From Spirogloea muscicola (Eukaryota): 64,000 nucleotides of DNA. Position numbers and translations under genes: made by a program. A model generated the notes under the pieces. The model worked only from the letters and a program-made list of their open reading frames with translations, ran no database searches and was not told the DNA's origin. Below are positions 38,701-52,889 of the stretch, piece after piece. The DNA lies in NCBI GenBank assembly GCA_009602725.1, contig WELB01000002.1, positions 1,218,185 through 1,282,184 of the forward strand. The letters are read 5' to 3'. Within the stretch, counting starts at the first letter, position 1, and each line of letters opens with the position of its first letter.

Positions 38701-41124
38701 CACAATTGAGCACCATAGAAGTTCCTCACTTGTGAGCTCCCTTCACAAAGCTCCAGCCATTCACGTCACAGACATAGGAGCGACCCTGACATCTTAGAAG
38801 ATCAAATCCACAAACCTGTCATGAAGCAACCAGATACTCACAGTACTATAATTATAATTCCATGCATGTACGTATTGTCCACACAAACTTACAGTCAGAG
38901 GGGCTTAGCAAGAGACTAGGAAAGCTGAGCAGGTCAGGTCTTCTCTATGCCTGTTGTGATGCATCTGATTGTGCCCTATATGCAGACAATAGAGTATGCA
39001 CAAGCACTCATCAGTACTTACTGCTTGTCCAAAGGCCACACAAACCTCCCTTGCCATCTCTTTCTCGGCTGGAGTAAGAAGCACTGGGTATCTTATCTGC
39101 AAGTCAACGTGCAAGCCTTAAGCCCACACCACGCACACGCACACTATTGTGGGAGGCAGAATGTGCAGATTAGAAGGAAGTAAGGGGCGTCTGCAGCTCA
39201 CCTCTTTGCCATCTGCGCTTCTCATAACCACACCATCAACCACTGGAGATTTACGGGCCTCTGCATGAGCATAATCAGGGCCCACCGTGTACACCTTGAC
39301 ATCTGTACCACCTGTTGCCATAAATTCTTCATAGATATAGGAACCATCTTTTCGTACTCTTCGTATGTCAGGATGAAACTCACTAGACCGATTGCCGACC
39401 TGTACCCAACAATAGCCTTGTCATTTCAGGAATTAGTCACAGTGCTCCATACAGTCAAGCATATTATCTTCATATTTGATGTGAAAGCAGAGGAGCAGGG
39501 GACACAGACCCTCCCAAGACATGCTGATTCTGACATGAAAGCTATAAGGGCGACGCTCAAGGGCAGTCGTGTCTTGCAGGGCACTACCTTGCGAAACAGC
39601 TCCTTCATGCCCCCTCCAGCTGAGCTTGGGTAGTAGATGTTGACCTTGTGGTCATCTCCTGCAGAAGGCAGCAACTTTGAGAAAGTGAGTAGCCTCTCTA
39701 TCGTGACCTCTCTCAACAAAGAGACTTCAGAGTGCATACACAGCCACACGCTCAAGTGGCACAATGGAGATATGTACCGTCCACAGGCTTCTCGACAAAT
39801 GGCTTTTGTATACGCTTTCCATGTATCTCAACATAGTCCTCATCCTCGGTGAAAACATCGTCATCTTTGCCTTGCTGGTCTCGGTTCACAATTACGTGGA
39901 CTGGTGTAGGAAGCCCAAATTGCTCTAAACGCTGCACTTGACAAACAGGTTAATTTGCCACTCCCCCAGCAGCATATTCTCTCCAGCTAGGTGAACAACA
40001 AGAAGCTACAACACTTCAGATGAGATAGACGGATCTCCTTCTTACTTGGTATACTTTGCGACGATCATGTAGGAGGCGCTGAGGCTGTAGCTCATTCACA
40101 AGGTATGGCCTGCCAGGCGCCCAGGGCCAGAATTTACGAGCTCAATCAGCTCGCATCTACACGGAGAGTGGTTGCTGGACCAGAGCACAGGTGCATCACT
40201 GCGGAGGTGGTTGAGACTGATCCCAACCTGCGAAGAGCTGCATAAGCTTCTGCCTTTTCAAGGGGATAGCCTGATGAGTAGAAGGCTACCAAAGCGTCAC
40301 AGATAGGCCACCTGCACAGCCAATGTCAAACGATTGCAATGTCCATAAGTAGGGTAGGAACATAACCTGGGATGTGACTAGGGCAACTAAAGTCTCCGAT
40401 TTACAAGTATTCCAGTGAATCTTCAGACTGTAGCTAAGTACTTCTTCTCCTCATGCAGTGCAACAGCGTGGTTTATGAATCACCATTCACTGCTGTAGAA
40501 GCACTCACTGTTCGATGGGCTGATTAAGAATGACATCATCTCCAAAAAGTATAACCTGCAAAAGAGAAACAAAGAGGAATTGAGTGCTGCTGGTACCAAG
40601 CACACAAACACTGAAGGCAATCTGCAGTCTGTTATCAGCCGAAGGGCTCTGAGCTATCAACGCATCAGACACACTTCAGATGGATCACTTTAGCAGATTT
40701 GGGGCTGACTGTACATCAAATTCTCCAAAGAGTCGCAGCCGGTCAAGTATTTGCGTCATAGGTGGCGATTTTGCCTGTGACAATGAAGCTCAGCGTTACA
40801 CAGTGCACAGCGGCTATTGAATCGTACCATGCAATATGCTCATCTCAGAATGCGTCATTGCATGCAAACCTTACATCAGGGTAAATGAGCGGCTTGCTTT
40901 CTGCTCCTCTTGACTCGTGGCTCAATTGACAGTCAGTCAGTCAATTGGGACCTCGGCAGTACATTGTTGCAAAACAGTGGCGTGCAACATACCTTCTTGT
41001 CAAGGACGCAAATTCCCAGCACAACCTTGCTCTTGCCTTGTCCAGGTGGTGCTCGCACTCCAGCTAAGCCAGCCAAGCCGGTCGGCTTTAAGTGATCCGC
41101 TTTGCGAGGACTTGAGGCCGCCAT
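32765..41124 (-). CDS. Inositol hexakisphosphate / diphosphoinositol pentakisphosphate kinase (PPIP5K, VIH-type), many exons
   Basis: [91 protein letters not shown]. Confidence 0.93.
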
Positions 41125-41964
41125 TTTCAAAGTAGGGACGCTGAGTACAGAACCACAGTATGCAACACCAGTAAGTTGGACTGGCTGGCTCAAGTGCCGA
41201 GACTTTGACACCCTAAGCTGGCCCAGGAAGAAGTTGCAAGAGCTTAAGCAATAGCATGCACCTTGAGTCTTATCAAATCCGGGAATGCGCCACTCGCTTC
41301 GAATCCAACAGGCTCCCGGCTGAGGCGCAGCAGTAAGGTACTGTCAACGGCAGCGGGTCTGCTATGTCAGCTGCTGCTCCGAGGAGAAGCCCTCGCCGCA
41401 GGCGCCATCGCCCGTTCGTACGCATAGGTTCAAGCTCCGGCAGTCGTCGCAGGCCTTGTCGTCGCAGGACAGCGGGCCCGGCAGCAGCGCGGGCGCCGCG
41501 CCGGGCCGGACTGTGTGCCAACGGCAGACTGATCGGCGAGCACACTTGACGGAGGCCGCAGAAGCTCGCTCGTTAGTTCTCGGGTGGCAACGTACCAACT
41601 GGACGCCACCAGACCCACCAATTTGTCCACGCCGCCTGCCTCGTTGCCGTTCGAGCGCCAGTGCCAGTCGTAAGCAGGATTGAGTGGCAGCGTACTGCCT
41701 AGCCTTCTGCTCCGACCGCCCGAGCGCGCACCCAATGCGCCCTCGCGCAGCGCCCGAGCGCAGCGCGGCGGGCAGCAGCGGCCATCGCGCGCCCGCCTGG
41801 CGTCGCAACACCGTCACTGCTGCGCCGAGAGCTCCGGGAGACTGTCCTGGAAGCCGAGACTCCACTGAGGGCCTTGCTCGTGGAGCGGAAGCCTCACTGC
41901 TCCTCGCAACCCGTCTGGCGACCTCTCCGGATCGGCTGCAGCCTCTAGCCGGACCGCCGCGGCG

Positions 41965-44027
41965 ATGGCGGGGCCGCGCTTCGTCGCCCTCCTGCAGCAG
42001 CAGCTGCAGCGGGCCGCCGGCCGCAGCCGGCAGAGCCCTCGTCTCGGCGCTGCCTTGGCGACACCGCCATCGCCTCTGGCGTTCCTGTCCTCCGTGGCGG
42101 GCGCGGCTCTCGAGAGGGCTCCCGGGGCCACTGGGAGCGAGGCGACGAAGAAGCTCGCTCTCACGGCTCTGAGGGAGCGCCTGGCTGCCGATGGCACCAC
42201 GCTGATGGACTTTGCCGGGGCCACGTCGGCGTCCCCATATGCTGTCGAGGCCGTTCAGCCAAGGGACAGGAAGCGCAAGCCCGACTGGATGAAGCGCGTC
42301 ATCCCGGGAGGGGACAAGTACACCGAGATCAAGGCGAAGCTCAGAGAGCTGAAGCTGCACACTGTGTGCGAAGAGGCCAGGTGCCCTAACATTGGCGAGT
42401 GCTGGAGTGGCGGCGAGACTGAGACAGCGACCGCCACCATCATGATCCTCGGCGACACCTGCACTCGCGGCTGCAGGTGATCATGCCTCAGCCAATTGGC
42501 GCTGGCAAGCATCAGAGAAGGGTCTGTCTCAGCTTGCTTGTGTACCCTGTGTATATGCTTGCCAGTGCTTCTGAAGAACCACATGATGATGAGGAGACGG
42601 GCAGGTTGCCTCCTAACAGCTCGTTGACATAGGCACACTGTTAGACCAGAGAGGATGACATGTCTCTACCAGCCGGATAGTGCTTGGGCAGGGCTTCTTT
42701 CACAGCCCCTGCCTTACATTGGAAGAGCTTTTTCTTGTGACTCCTAACGTTCTGAGATGGTGGATCAGGTTCTGTGCTGTCAAGACATCTCGTGCTCCCC
42801 CAGCACCCGACGTAGATGAACCCAGGAAGGTGGCTGAGGCACTTGGAGAATGGGGGCTTGATTATGTGGTGTTGACCAGCGTTGACAGAGACGACCTGCC
42901 AGATCAGGGCAGCGGGCACTTTGCAGAGACCATTGAACGCATCAAGACGAGAAAGCCTAGCATGCTTGTAGAGGCTTTGGGTAAGATAAAATCTACTCTT
43001 TCCATACACGCAGCACCATTGTGGAGAAGAGGCATTTGTTGATGGCGATTACTGCACGATGGTCAGAGCAGCGAAAGTTGCCTATGAAGTGGTCAATCCC
43101 ACCAAGACTCAAGCATAGTTGCAGTCCGCACGATTTGCCAGGCGGCAATTACGCAGTTCTTCCTCAATGTGGTTTCTGAGCACTTATCACTTCGCTGCGG
43201 CCACCTGCAGTACCGGACTTTCGAGGAGACCGCTCTTGTGTGGACCTTGTTGTCAACTCGGGACTGGATGTACTAGCTCACAACATTGAGACTGTAGAAG
43301 AGCTCCAGCCGTATGTGCGAGACAGAAGGGCCAACTTTGAGCAGTCCCTAAGTGTCCTTCGCATGGCCAAGGAACTAGGGCCATCTCGAGTGTTGACGAA
43401 GACATCGATCATGCTTGGCTGTGGGGAAACTCCAGACCAAGTCTTCAGGTGCGTGATGTCAAAGGGGCTGTAGCCGTTGTGTGCATCTGCTGTGAAGCTG
43501 GACTGCTTGGAGCACTGAGCAACTTTTTCAGGCTGAGTGTAATTGTCAAGCCTGATCGTCAAGCTAGTAGTAGCATGAAAGGTGAAGTTCTTGGTTTGAT
43601 GTGGCAGGTCAATGGAGAAGGTGCGCGCAGCCGGGGTAGACGTGATGACCTTTGGCCAGTATATGCGACCAAGCCGCAAGCATATGCCAGTCTCTGACTT
43701 TGTCACGCCCGAAGCATTTGAGAGGTGGAGGCAAGTCGGCGAAGACATGGTATTCTCTTGATCCTTGATTCACCATGTTGTGAGGTGATCACGCCTGGGA
43801 CATGCGGGGCCTGGCAACGGTTGCCTTTTTCATACATTTGACCTCTTTTGATCGCACGGCAACAAGACTCCTACCTGAAGAGGAGCACTGCATGGGCGTT
43901 ATTGTTGCAGGGCTTTCTCTACATTGCTTCTGGGCCAATGGTGAGGTCGTCCTACAAGGCTGGCGAGTTCTACATTAAGTCGCTACTTGAGCGCAATGCT
44001 CAATCTGCTGAGCCGGCTGCTGCTTAA
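41965..44027 (+). CDS. LIP1: Lipoyl synthase (radical SAM), probably mitochondrial, 5 exons
   Basis: [53 protein letters not shown]. Confidence 0.95.
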
Positions 44028-45483
44028 GTTATAAAGTACTGTGTCTCACTGACATTGCCTGTGCATTTATATCCGGACCACTTTGGAAGGGCGCTCCCTT
44101 TCTCTTTTCCCCTTTGCGATGTAGAAGCAAGCTTTGATAAGCGGAAGCCAGCTGCTATCTTCTGCAGGCATGCTTGTGTTGCATGACTTGCTGTGGATTG
44201 AGCATCATGGAGCAATAGTTGAAACATGCTGTTGCCCACCTTCTCAACGAAAGACCCACAGTGTTGCTGATGAGCCAGCTGCTACCTGACTGATCTTCAT
44301 CTTCATGCAGAAATAAAAAGTGAAGTACTGCTCCCTGACAATAGAGTGTGCATTAATAGCACGCGCAATTCAGCTTGTTCGTTGCCTTTTTTTAGCACTG
44401 TGAGCTTTTGGAACAAATAACGCTACATTGCATGGGCTATGCACGTCTGGTCTGGCTATCTACAGCCGCTCTGCTCACGACCACCACTCCCTCTGATGCT
44501 TCTTGTTCTGCTCGCCTCCATCTCAAAGAGGATGGCTCCACAGCTACTGCCTCTCATGGAAATTCACTTGCTATAGCATCATAGCTGCTCACAATGGAAG
44601 CTTACAACCAAAGCAAACCGGCCCCCACAACCATGAAAGCGGTGCGCGCGGTCGGCAAAAGCTGCACAGGTTTAGGAGCTTAAACACGCCTACCGTCCCA
44701 TTGTGATGGATCTGTCCACTCGCAATATAGACAACAGGGGGGTGTGTGGGGCTATTCGGCTTGACCTCCTCCAGCAGCTTGAGCTTCAAATAGTCGCCCG
44801 ACAGCATGGGCGGCACGGTGAGGGTGCAAGTAGCAGCCAGATCTCAATATGCGGCGAAATCTTTTCTATCTCTGCTTTGTTGCATGCGTCAACCACATTG
44901 CTTCATCACTATTGATGTACCTGCCTTCAATTGCATGCTGGCCGCCATGGCTGCCGCCTCAGATAATCCGCAGAGCACTTAATTCTTAGCTGCTACTTTA
45001 TCCCGACGTGCCGCTGCTTATCAGAGGATAACGAGTGGCCATCCGACTTAGCCACTTGTCTGCTGAATGTGTTGCGCTTTAGTATTGGGACTTCCTCCTT
45101 GAAGTTGTCCATACTAATAATCATAATAGCCTTCATAATCATCAACCCCTCCTTGTGAAAGAGTTTTATTTGAAGAGCGCTTATCTGCTGAGCCTTGTGG
45201 CAGCAGCCTGGCGAGCATAGGCACATTGCCTGAGGCAGCTGGCTGGCCTCTGCCGCCACATTTCCCGCTCAATGTCATGTGCATCCCTCTTGATAGAGCT
45301 TCAAGAGGGCTTCTTCTTCTTTGGAAGAGCTTCTTCTTGTTACATTGGCCCCTCTTTGCCAAGGGCTTCCGTGGCAAGGGGTACACGGATAAGATCCCTA
45401 TCCGTGTATCGTGAGAGTCCTTTGCTACTGTCGTAGTTCTTAGCACTCCGGCTCCTTCAGACCTTGTCCATTCCTTTGGCCGT

Positions 45484-45561
45484 TCCCAGCCACCAGTCAA
45501 TCTGGCCGCGCTTTCGTTTTGGGCTGGCCTCTCCCAGCCACCAGTCAATCTGGCCGCGCTT
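45484..45561. repeat. Direct repeat with 48-bp period (CCCAGCCACCAGTCAATCTGGCCGCGCTTT twice)
   Basis: Read directly at ~45485 and ~45533. Confidence 0.85.
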
Positions 45562-46192
45562 TTCTCGATCGTGTAGCCCTATCCGTTGAACTCGGTTCCG
45601 CCGTGTACCCATTCGGCTTAGCCTCCCTTTGCTTTCCGGCCCTTTCGGACCTTGTTCATTAGTTTTGGGGCTGGCCTCTCATAGCCGTCGCCATATTTCT
45701 GAAGAAGCTAATTCTAACTTTCTTTCTGTTTTTCGAAAACCTGTGCGCACACAGGAGGGGGAGAGAGGGTGATGGCTGTGATTGGCCAGCCCAGAAAATG
45801 GATAAACAAAATTCGGAAGGGGCCAATCTGGAATCACTACTCTCGGAAAATAAGTTCAAGGACTGCGCGGATGGGGACGTGTTATCCGCGGGTCACGCTT
45901 CCAGTTTGCAGCATGTCTACTTCTTGAACTACACGTTTTTGACGCCAGGTGTATCGATCGAGCCCGTCCGATGTGAGCCACCGCCATACGTGGAGTCCAC
46001 AAGTGCGGCATTCCTCCGCGCGGCTGCTCTGCCGCGTGCATGGCAGCTTCGCGAGCGCCAGCCGTGCCTGCCACGCGAGCCCGCCCGCCCATCCACGCGC
46101 CCCGCCCCACTCCCTCCCTCCCTCCCCCTCCCTCCCCCTCCNCGCCGTTCCGCGGCGTCGCGGAGCTGGACTCGAGCTCCGGATCGGACGAC

Positions 46193-47356
46193 ATGGCCCC
46201 GCCGCCGCCGGGCCACCACCCGCCGGGCGGCCACCACCACCGCCACCACCACCACCACCACCACCACGGCGGCCGCTTCGGCGCGGCGCCGCCCCACGGT
46301 GAGGACCTGCGGCCCCCGCTGGCGGCGCCGGCAGCTCTCGGCTTCCAGCCCGTGCAGCTTCGTGGGCCACTCTGCTCCTACAATGTCTCGTCCCCGTCGC
46401 CAGCCGTCGCTGGCGCCCCGACGTTGCTTGCTCATCCTTCTGAGGAGCAGCCGCTGCCACCGTCGCTAGGCGTGCTTCTCGACCGCTCCCGCATGCAGCA
46501 GCTGGGCGTCGTTGACAGCCCGGAGCCAGTCCGTGTGCCTCGCCGTGCAGAGCACCTCAGGGCCTGGCGCAAGGCCTGGAAGCAGCACTGCCGCGGCCTG
46601 GGCGGCGGCCACGCCTCGTGGCTGGCCGCCGCGCGCAGCGGCGGCTTCGGCCCCTGGAGCACGCTGCCGTCTGATCCCCAGCCCCCCTTTCCGCCACCAG
46701 GACCGCCGCCGCCAGGGCCGCCGCCGCCGCATCATCATCACCACTTTGGCCATCCCCACCCGCCGGGCGCAGGCAGGCCGCCGCATCCGCCGCCCCTGCC
46801 ACCGCACCTTGGCGGCTGGCCTGGCGGCTTCCCTCCGCCGCCCGGGTTCCCTCTGCCGCCGCCGCACTTTGGCAGTGACACCAATGAGGACAACATGGAG
46901 GGTCCTGCAAGTGGGATGGTCTTGAAGATAGACATCAAGGAGACCGTGGACGCGTACACCGTCGTCGCTGACCTGCCGGGCGTGCCGCCCGAGCAGGTGG
47001 AGGTGCAGCTGCAGGCTGACGCTGCCGCAGGCGGCAGCGTTGTACTCTCCATTGCCGGCCACCGCGAGTTGGACACCTGGGAGGAGCCCGGGAGCCTGCA
47101 CCTTGAGGAGCGGAGCTTCGGCGCATTCAAGCGCCGCTTCCGCTTGCCTGCAGACGCCAGTGCTGAAGCGGCGCTCGCAGAGCACAAGCTTGGTGTGCTG
47201 ACCATCACCATACCCAAGGGGCCCGATGCTGCCGTCGGCTCCAGGGCCGCGCTGACTGTCGTCGAGGTCCGCAGCAGCGAGCTCCTACAGCCACCGGCTG
47301 CACCACCAGTTCAGCCTGAACCGGCTGCTGCAGAGGACATGGCAGGCCATGATTGA
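46193..47356 (+). CDS. HSP20/alpha-crystallin-domain protein with a long His/Pro-rich N-terminus; single ORF; start may lie upstream of n at 46142
   Basis: IDIKETVDAYTVVADLPGV..EERSFGAFKRRFRLP..LGVLTITIPK. Confidence 0.85.
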   Translation: MAPPPPGHHPPGGHHHRHHHHHHHHGGRFGAAPPHGEDLRPPLAAPAALGFQPVQLRGPLCSYNVSSPSPAVAGAPTLLAHPSEEQPLPPSLGVLLDRSRMQQLGVVDSPEPVRVPRRAEHLRAWRKAWKQHCRGLGGGHASWLAAARSGGFGPWSTLPSDPQPPFPPPGPPPPGPPPPHHHHHFGHPHPPGAGRPPHPPPLPPHLGGWPGGFPPPPGFPLPPPHFGSDTNEDNMEGPASGMVLKIDIKETVDAYTVVADLPGVPPEQVEVQLQADAAAGGSVVLSIAGHRELDTWEEPGSLHLEERSFGAFKRRFRLPADASAEAALAEHKLGVLTITIPKGPDAAVGSRAALTVVEVRSSELLQPPAAPPVQPEPAAAEDMAGHD

Positions 47357-48302
47357 GTTCTTCCTCTGTGAAGAGGGCACATGCATCTCTTGCCCCGCTA
47401 TTTGATTTGCTACGCAATGAAATCCTAAAGACGCCCCATACAGGCAAAATCATGACTCAGTACCTTAACTTACAGTAAGGTTGCTGATGAAGACCTCTTC
47501 TTTACACAGACAATCGAAAGATGCAGTATAGTAAAGCCATCTCAGCTTCTAGGTCCAAGCTTTTACTATTTACAGATTGTAAATTCTTTCCAGGGCCAAT
47601 GTGCCGAGGTTCAGAATGTTATGAAGAAGAAAGCCTCTTCACTGCCACGTGCATAGTGCTATACTATGCTTCACCAGCATCAGTAATGTTGCTGTGCTCC
47701 GTTTCACCACCATCAGTCATGTCACTGAGCGCAATGTGCTTGTGTCCTTTGCTCTTCCCAAATTGACAATTTGCATCTCTGCTTTTCAATCACATTTGTT
47801 CTTATAATATGTGATGAAGGAGCAGGCCTACACAAAGCGGCTCTCTCCTTTTACAAGTTACATATCAGTGCAGTCTAGTACGCTCTCTTGAAGTATGTTT
47901 TGTTCTCAAGCAACCTTGCTTTACTGACGGCTGCACAATCTTGCAGTCGCAAAGCTGCACTGTCGCTGCAGATTTCTTAGCAAGCTGGTTCTTAAAGGCT
48001 AATAGACATGAACGTAGACAGGACGCACATAGCAGATTATCCGAATGCCAGTCGAGCAACCAAAGGACAACATTGACATGGTCTTTTCTGGTGTCAAGCC
48101 TTTGTCACAACGTACTCTTACACGTACCCCTCCGATAGTGCACCACCTCATGACGATACAATAGAAGCAAGTCCTGAAGATGTTCACAACCCGCCAATAG
48201 ATATATACCCTAGGCAACAAGTTATGATAGACAATTGGCTGCTGCCAACACTAGCCCCCTAGTGACATAAGATATCTGACTTTAGCTCGCCAGCTCCAGC
48301 AC

Positions 48303-49671
48303 TCAGGCCGCAATCTCCTCCAGCTTCTGCTCTGCAAGGCCCTGGATGCGCTTCTCCAACTCTGGCCGGAAGTGGCGGATGAGACCCTGGATGGGCCATG
48401 CAGCTGCATCCCCAAGCGCACAAATGGTGTGACCCTCTATCTGTTTGGTGATCTCCTGCAGCATGTCAATCTCCTCGAGGCGCGCATCACCGGCCTTCAT
48501 GCGCTCCAGGATCTGCCACATCCAGGTCGTGCCCTCACGGCAGGGCGTGCACTGGCCGCAGCTCTCGTGCTTGTAGAAGTAGGCCAGGCGCGCGATCGCG
48601 TCCACCACGTCGGCGCTCTTGTCCATGACGATGACGGCGGCAGTGCCCAAGCCCGACTGCACGGCCTTGAGGGCATCAAAGTCCATGAGCACGTCGTCGC
48701 AGATGGACTTGGGCAGCAGCGGCACGGACGCGCCGCCGGGGATGACGGCGAGCAGGTTGTCCCAGCCGCCGCGCACGCCGCCGGCGTGGCGCTCGATGAG
48801 CTCGCGGAGCGGGATGGACATCTCCTCCTCCACCGTGCACGGCTCGTTCACGTGCCCCGAGATGCAGAAGAGCTTGGTGCCGGAGTTGTTCTTGCGGCCG
48901 AACGATGAGAACCACTCGGGGCCGCGGCGCAGGATGGTGGGCGCCACCGCCACCGTCTCCACGTTGGTCACCGTGGAGGGGCAGCCGAAGAGGCCCACGT
49001 TGGCGGGGAACGGGGGCTTGAGCCGCGGCTTGCCCTGCTTGCCCTCCAGGCTCTCCAGCAGCGCCGTCTCCTCGCCGCAAATGTACGCGCCGGCGCCGTA
49101 GTGGATGTACACGTCAAAGTCGAGGCCGGAGCCGGCGGCATCGCGGCCCAGCAGGCCCGCCGCGTAGGCCTCGGCGCGGGCGCGATCCAGCGCGCGGCGC
49201 TCGTTCACGTACTCGCCGCGGACGTAGATGTACGCGGCGCGGGCGCGCATGGCGGCGCCGGCGAGCAGGCAGCCCTCGAGGAGCTTGTGGGGGTCGTGGC
49301 GCAGGATCTCGCGGTCCTTGCACGTCCCGGGCTCGCTCTCGTCGGCGTTGACGACCAAGTAGCTGGGCCGCCCGTCGCTGGCCTTGGGCATGAAGGACCA
49401 CTTGAGACCCGACGGGAAGCCCGCGCCGCCGCGGCCCCGCAGCCCGCTGCGCTTGACCTCGCCCACGATCCAGTCCGCGCCCTTGCCCACCAGGTCCGCC
49501 GTCCGGTGCCAGTCCCCGCGCGCGCGCGCGCCCGCCAGGAACGGGTCGTGCCGCCCGTAGAGGTTCGTGAAGATGCGGTCCTCGTCGCGCAGGCCCCCGA
49601 ACGACGTCTTCTCCTCCGGCGGCGGCGGCGGCGGCGGCGGCCAGGCAGCGGCGCCCCGCGGCGGCGGCGGN

Positions 49672-49733
<62 letters not shown>

Positions 49734-49748
49734 GGCGGCCGCCGCCAT
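48303..49748 (-). CDS. NDUFV1: NADH:ubiquinone oxidoreductase 51 kDa flavoprotein subunit, intronless in the visible part; presequence interrupted by n/poly-T
   Basis: [74 protein letters not shown]. Confidence 0.96.
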
Positions 49749-50918
49749 GGCCGCCGCTGCGCACCGCGGGCGGCGCCGGGGGCCGGAGCTGCGGAAGTGA
49801 GGCCCTGCCGATGTGGCCGCCCTGCAAGCGGGCAACGCCGCGGCGCTGCTGGGCCCGTTGCGCAGCTGCTCCCGACGTCGCGAGACGGCGCGGCGAGACG
49901 GCAGCACCGGGCTGCGCCCCAAGACCCACCGCCCTCTCCTCCATTCCCTTCCATCCAATCATTCCATGTACTCCCGCCCACTACTTCCATTGCCCCTCCC
50001 TTGCGCTTCCAGCGCCTCGGACCTTGTCAACTCTTTTCGGGCTGGCTGTTCACAACCCTTGCCCCCTCTGGGAGCTTCGTAGGCATTACTGAGTGTTTCG
50101 TAGCTACTTGGACTCCCTGTGTGTTTTAGCGCTTTCCCTGGCCCTTTGATCATTCTTTTATCTGGGCTTGGCCTCTCCTGGAAGCGTGAGAGCCACTCAC
50201 CTCGTGAGAGACGGGCTGCGAAGGGCCACCTGAGGGCCGCTCAGGGGTCCCGAGGGCAATCCGAAAGGCCACTAAGATCAAGCGAAGGGCCACCGGAAGA
50301 TAAACTCAGCTCGGAACAAGTGCCGAGCCGGCATAGAACTTACCGCGCTTCACGAGGCTGACGGCCTGGCGACCTTTGCCAGGTCCAAGACGTCTGTCAG
50401 GCTTAATCGCATCACAATCTACATGAATGCATGCTAAGGTAAGCAACATCCTCCTGGCTTGTATCTAGGAGGCACGACGAGATCTGACTAGTACAGCTTG
50501 ACACGCATGTTCGGCAACACGATCTGAAGTGCGATCATTCTTGCTTCAAGGGGAGCTCATCAGATACCCTAGCCATGGTATATTGGAGAGTTTGAGGACC
50601 GATTGCATTGACTGCCTTAAAAAGCATCACTAGGCACAGCCACCAAGTAATCCATGGAGGCTCTTACGCATGTGCCTGCAACTCCAGTGCTTCTCTTGCA
50701 GTGCTGGTGACTTTGACATTGACAGGGCAGAGCATATACAAAGAAGCCCTGTCCCAGTGTATCGGATGGTCAGAGTGGCCTGCTTGAGCTTTGACTTGCT
50801 GAACCTCATGCACTTTTACATCTCCTTTGTGCCACCTCGCATTAAATCCACCACAAGTAGCTCTAGTGCTGTGCTAGCACTCGTGCTGCATGCCACAAGT
50901 GGCGCGGCAATGGCCACT

Positions 50919-52508
<1,590 letters not shown>

Positions 52509-52889
52509 NNNNNNNNNNNNNNNNNNNNNNNNNNNNNNNNNNNNNNNNNNNNNNNNNNNNNNNNNNNNNNNNNNNNNNNNNNNNNNNNNNNNNNNNNNNN
52601 NNNNNNNNNNNNNNNNNNNNNNNNNNNNNNNNNNNNNNNNNNNNNNNNNNNNNNNNNNNNNNNNNNNNNNNNNNNNNNNNNNNNNNNNNNNNNNNNNNNN
52701 NNNNNNNNNNNNNNNNNNNNNNNNNNNNNNNNNNNNNNNNNNNNNNNNNNNNNNNNNNNNNNNNNNNNNNNNNNNNNNNNNNNNNNNNNNNNNNNNNNNN
52801 NNNNNNNNNNNNNNNNNNNNNNNNNNNNNNNNNNNNNNNNNNNNNNNNNNNNNNNNNNNNNNNNNNNNNNNNNNNNNNNNNNNNNNNNN

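Noticed and set aside
45114..45548. Minus-strand ORF with repeated TGGWERP peptide
   Set aside because: Explained by the DNA repeat and dispersed motif; no coding evidence
49672..49731. Long poly-A/T runs (also 1-58, 16992-17086, 27960-28023) read as poly-Lys/Phe or retro-tails
   Set aside because: All sit beside N gaps or the window edge and next to extremely GC-rich 5' gene ends, one inside the NDUFV1 presequence; most likely sequencing or assembly artefacts
48372..50129. Long antisense and alternate-frame ORFs over NDUFV1, HSP20, importin and NCBP3
   Set aside because: Shadow ORFs expected from high GC3 codon bias
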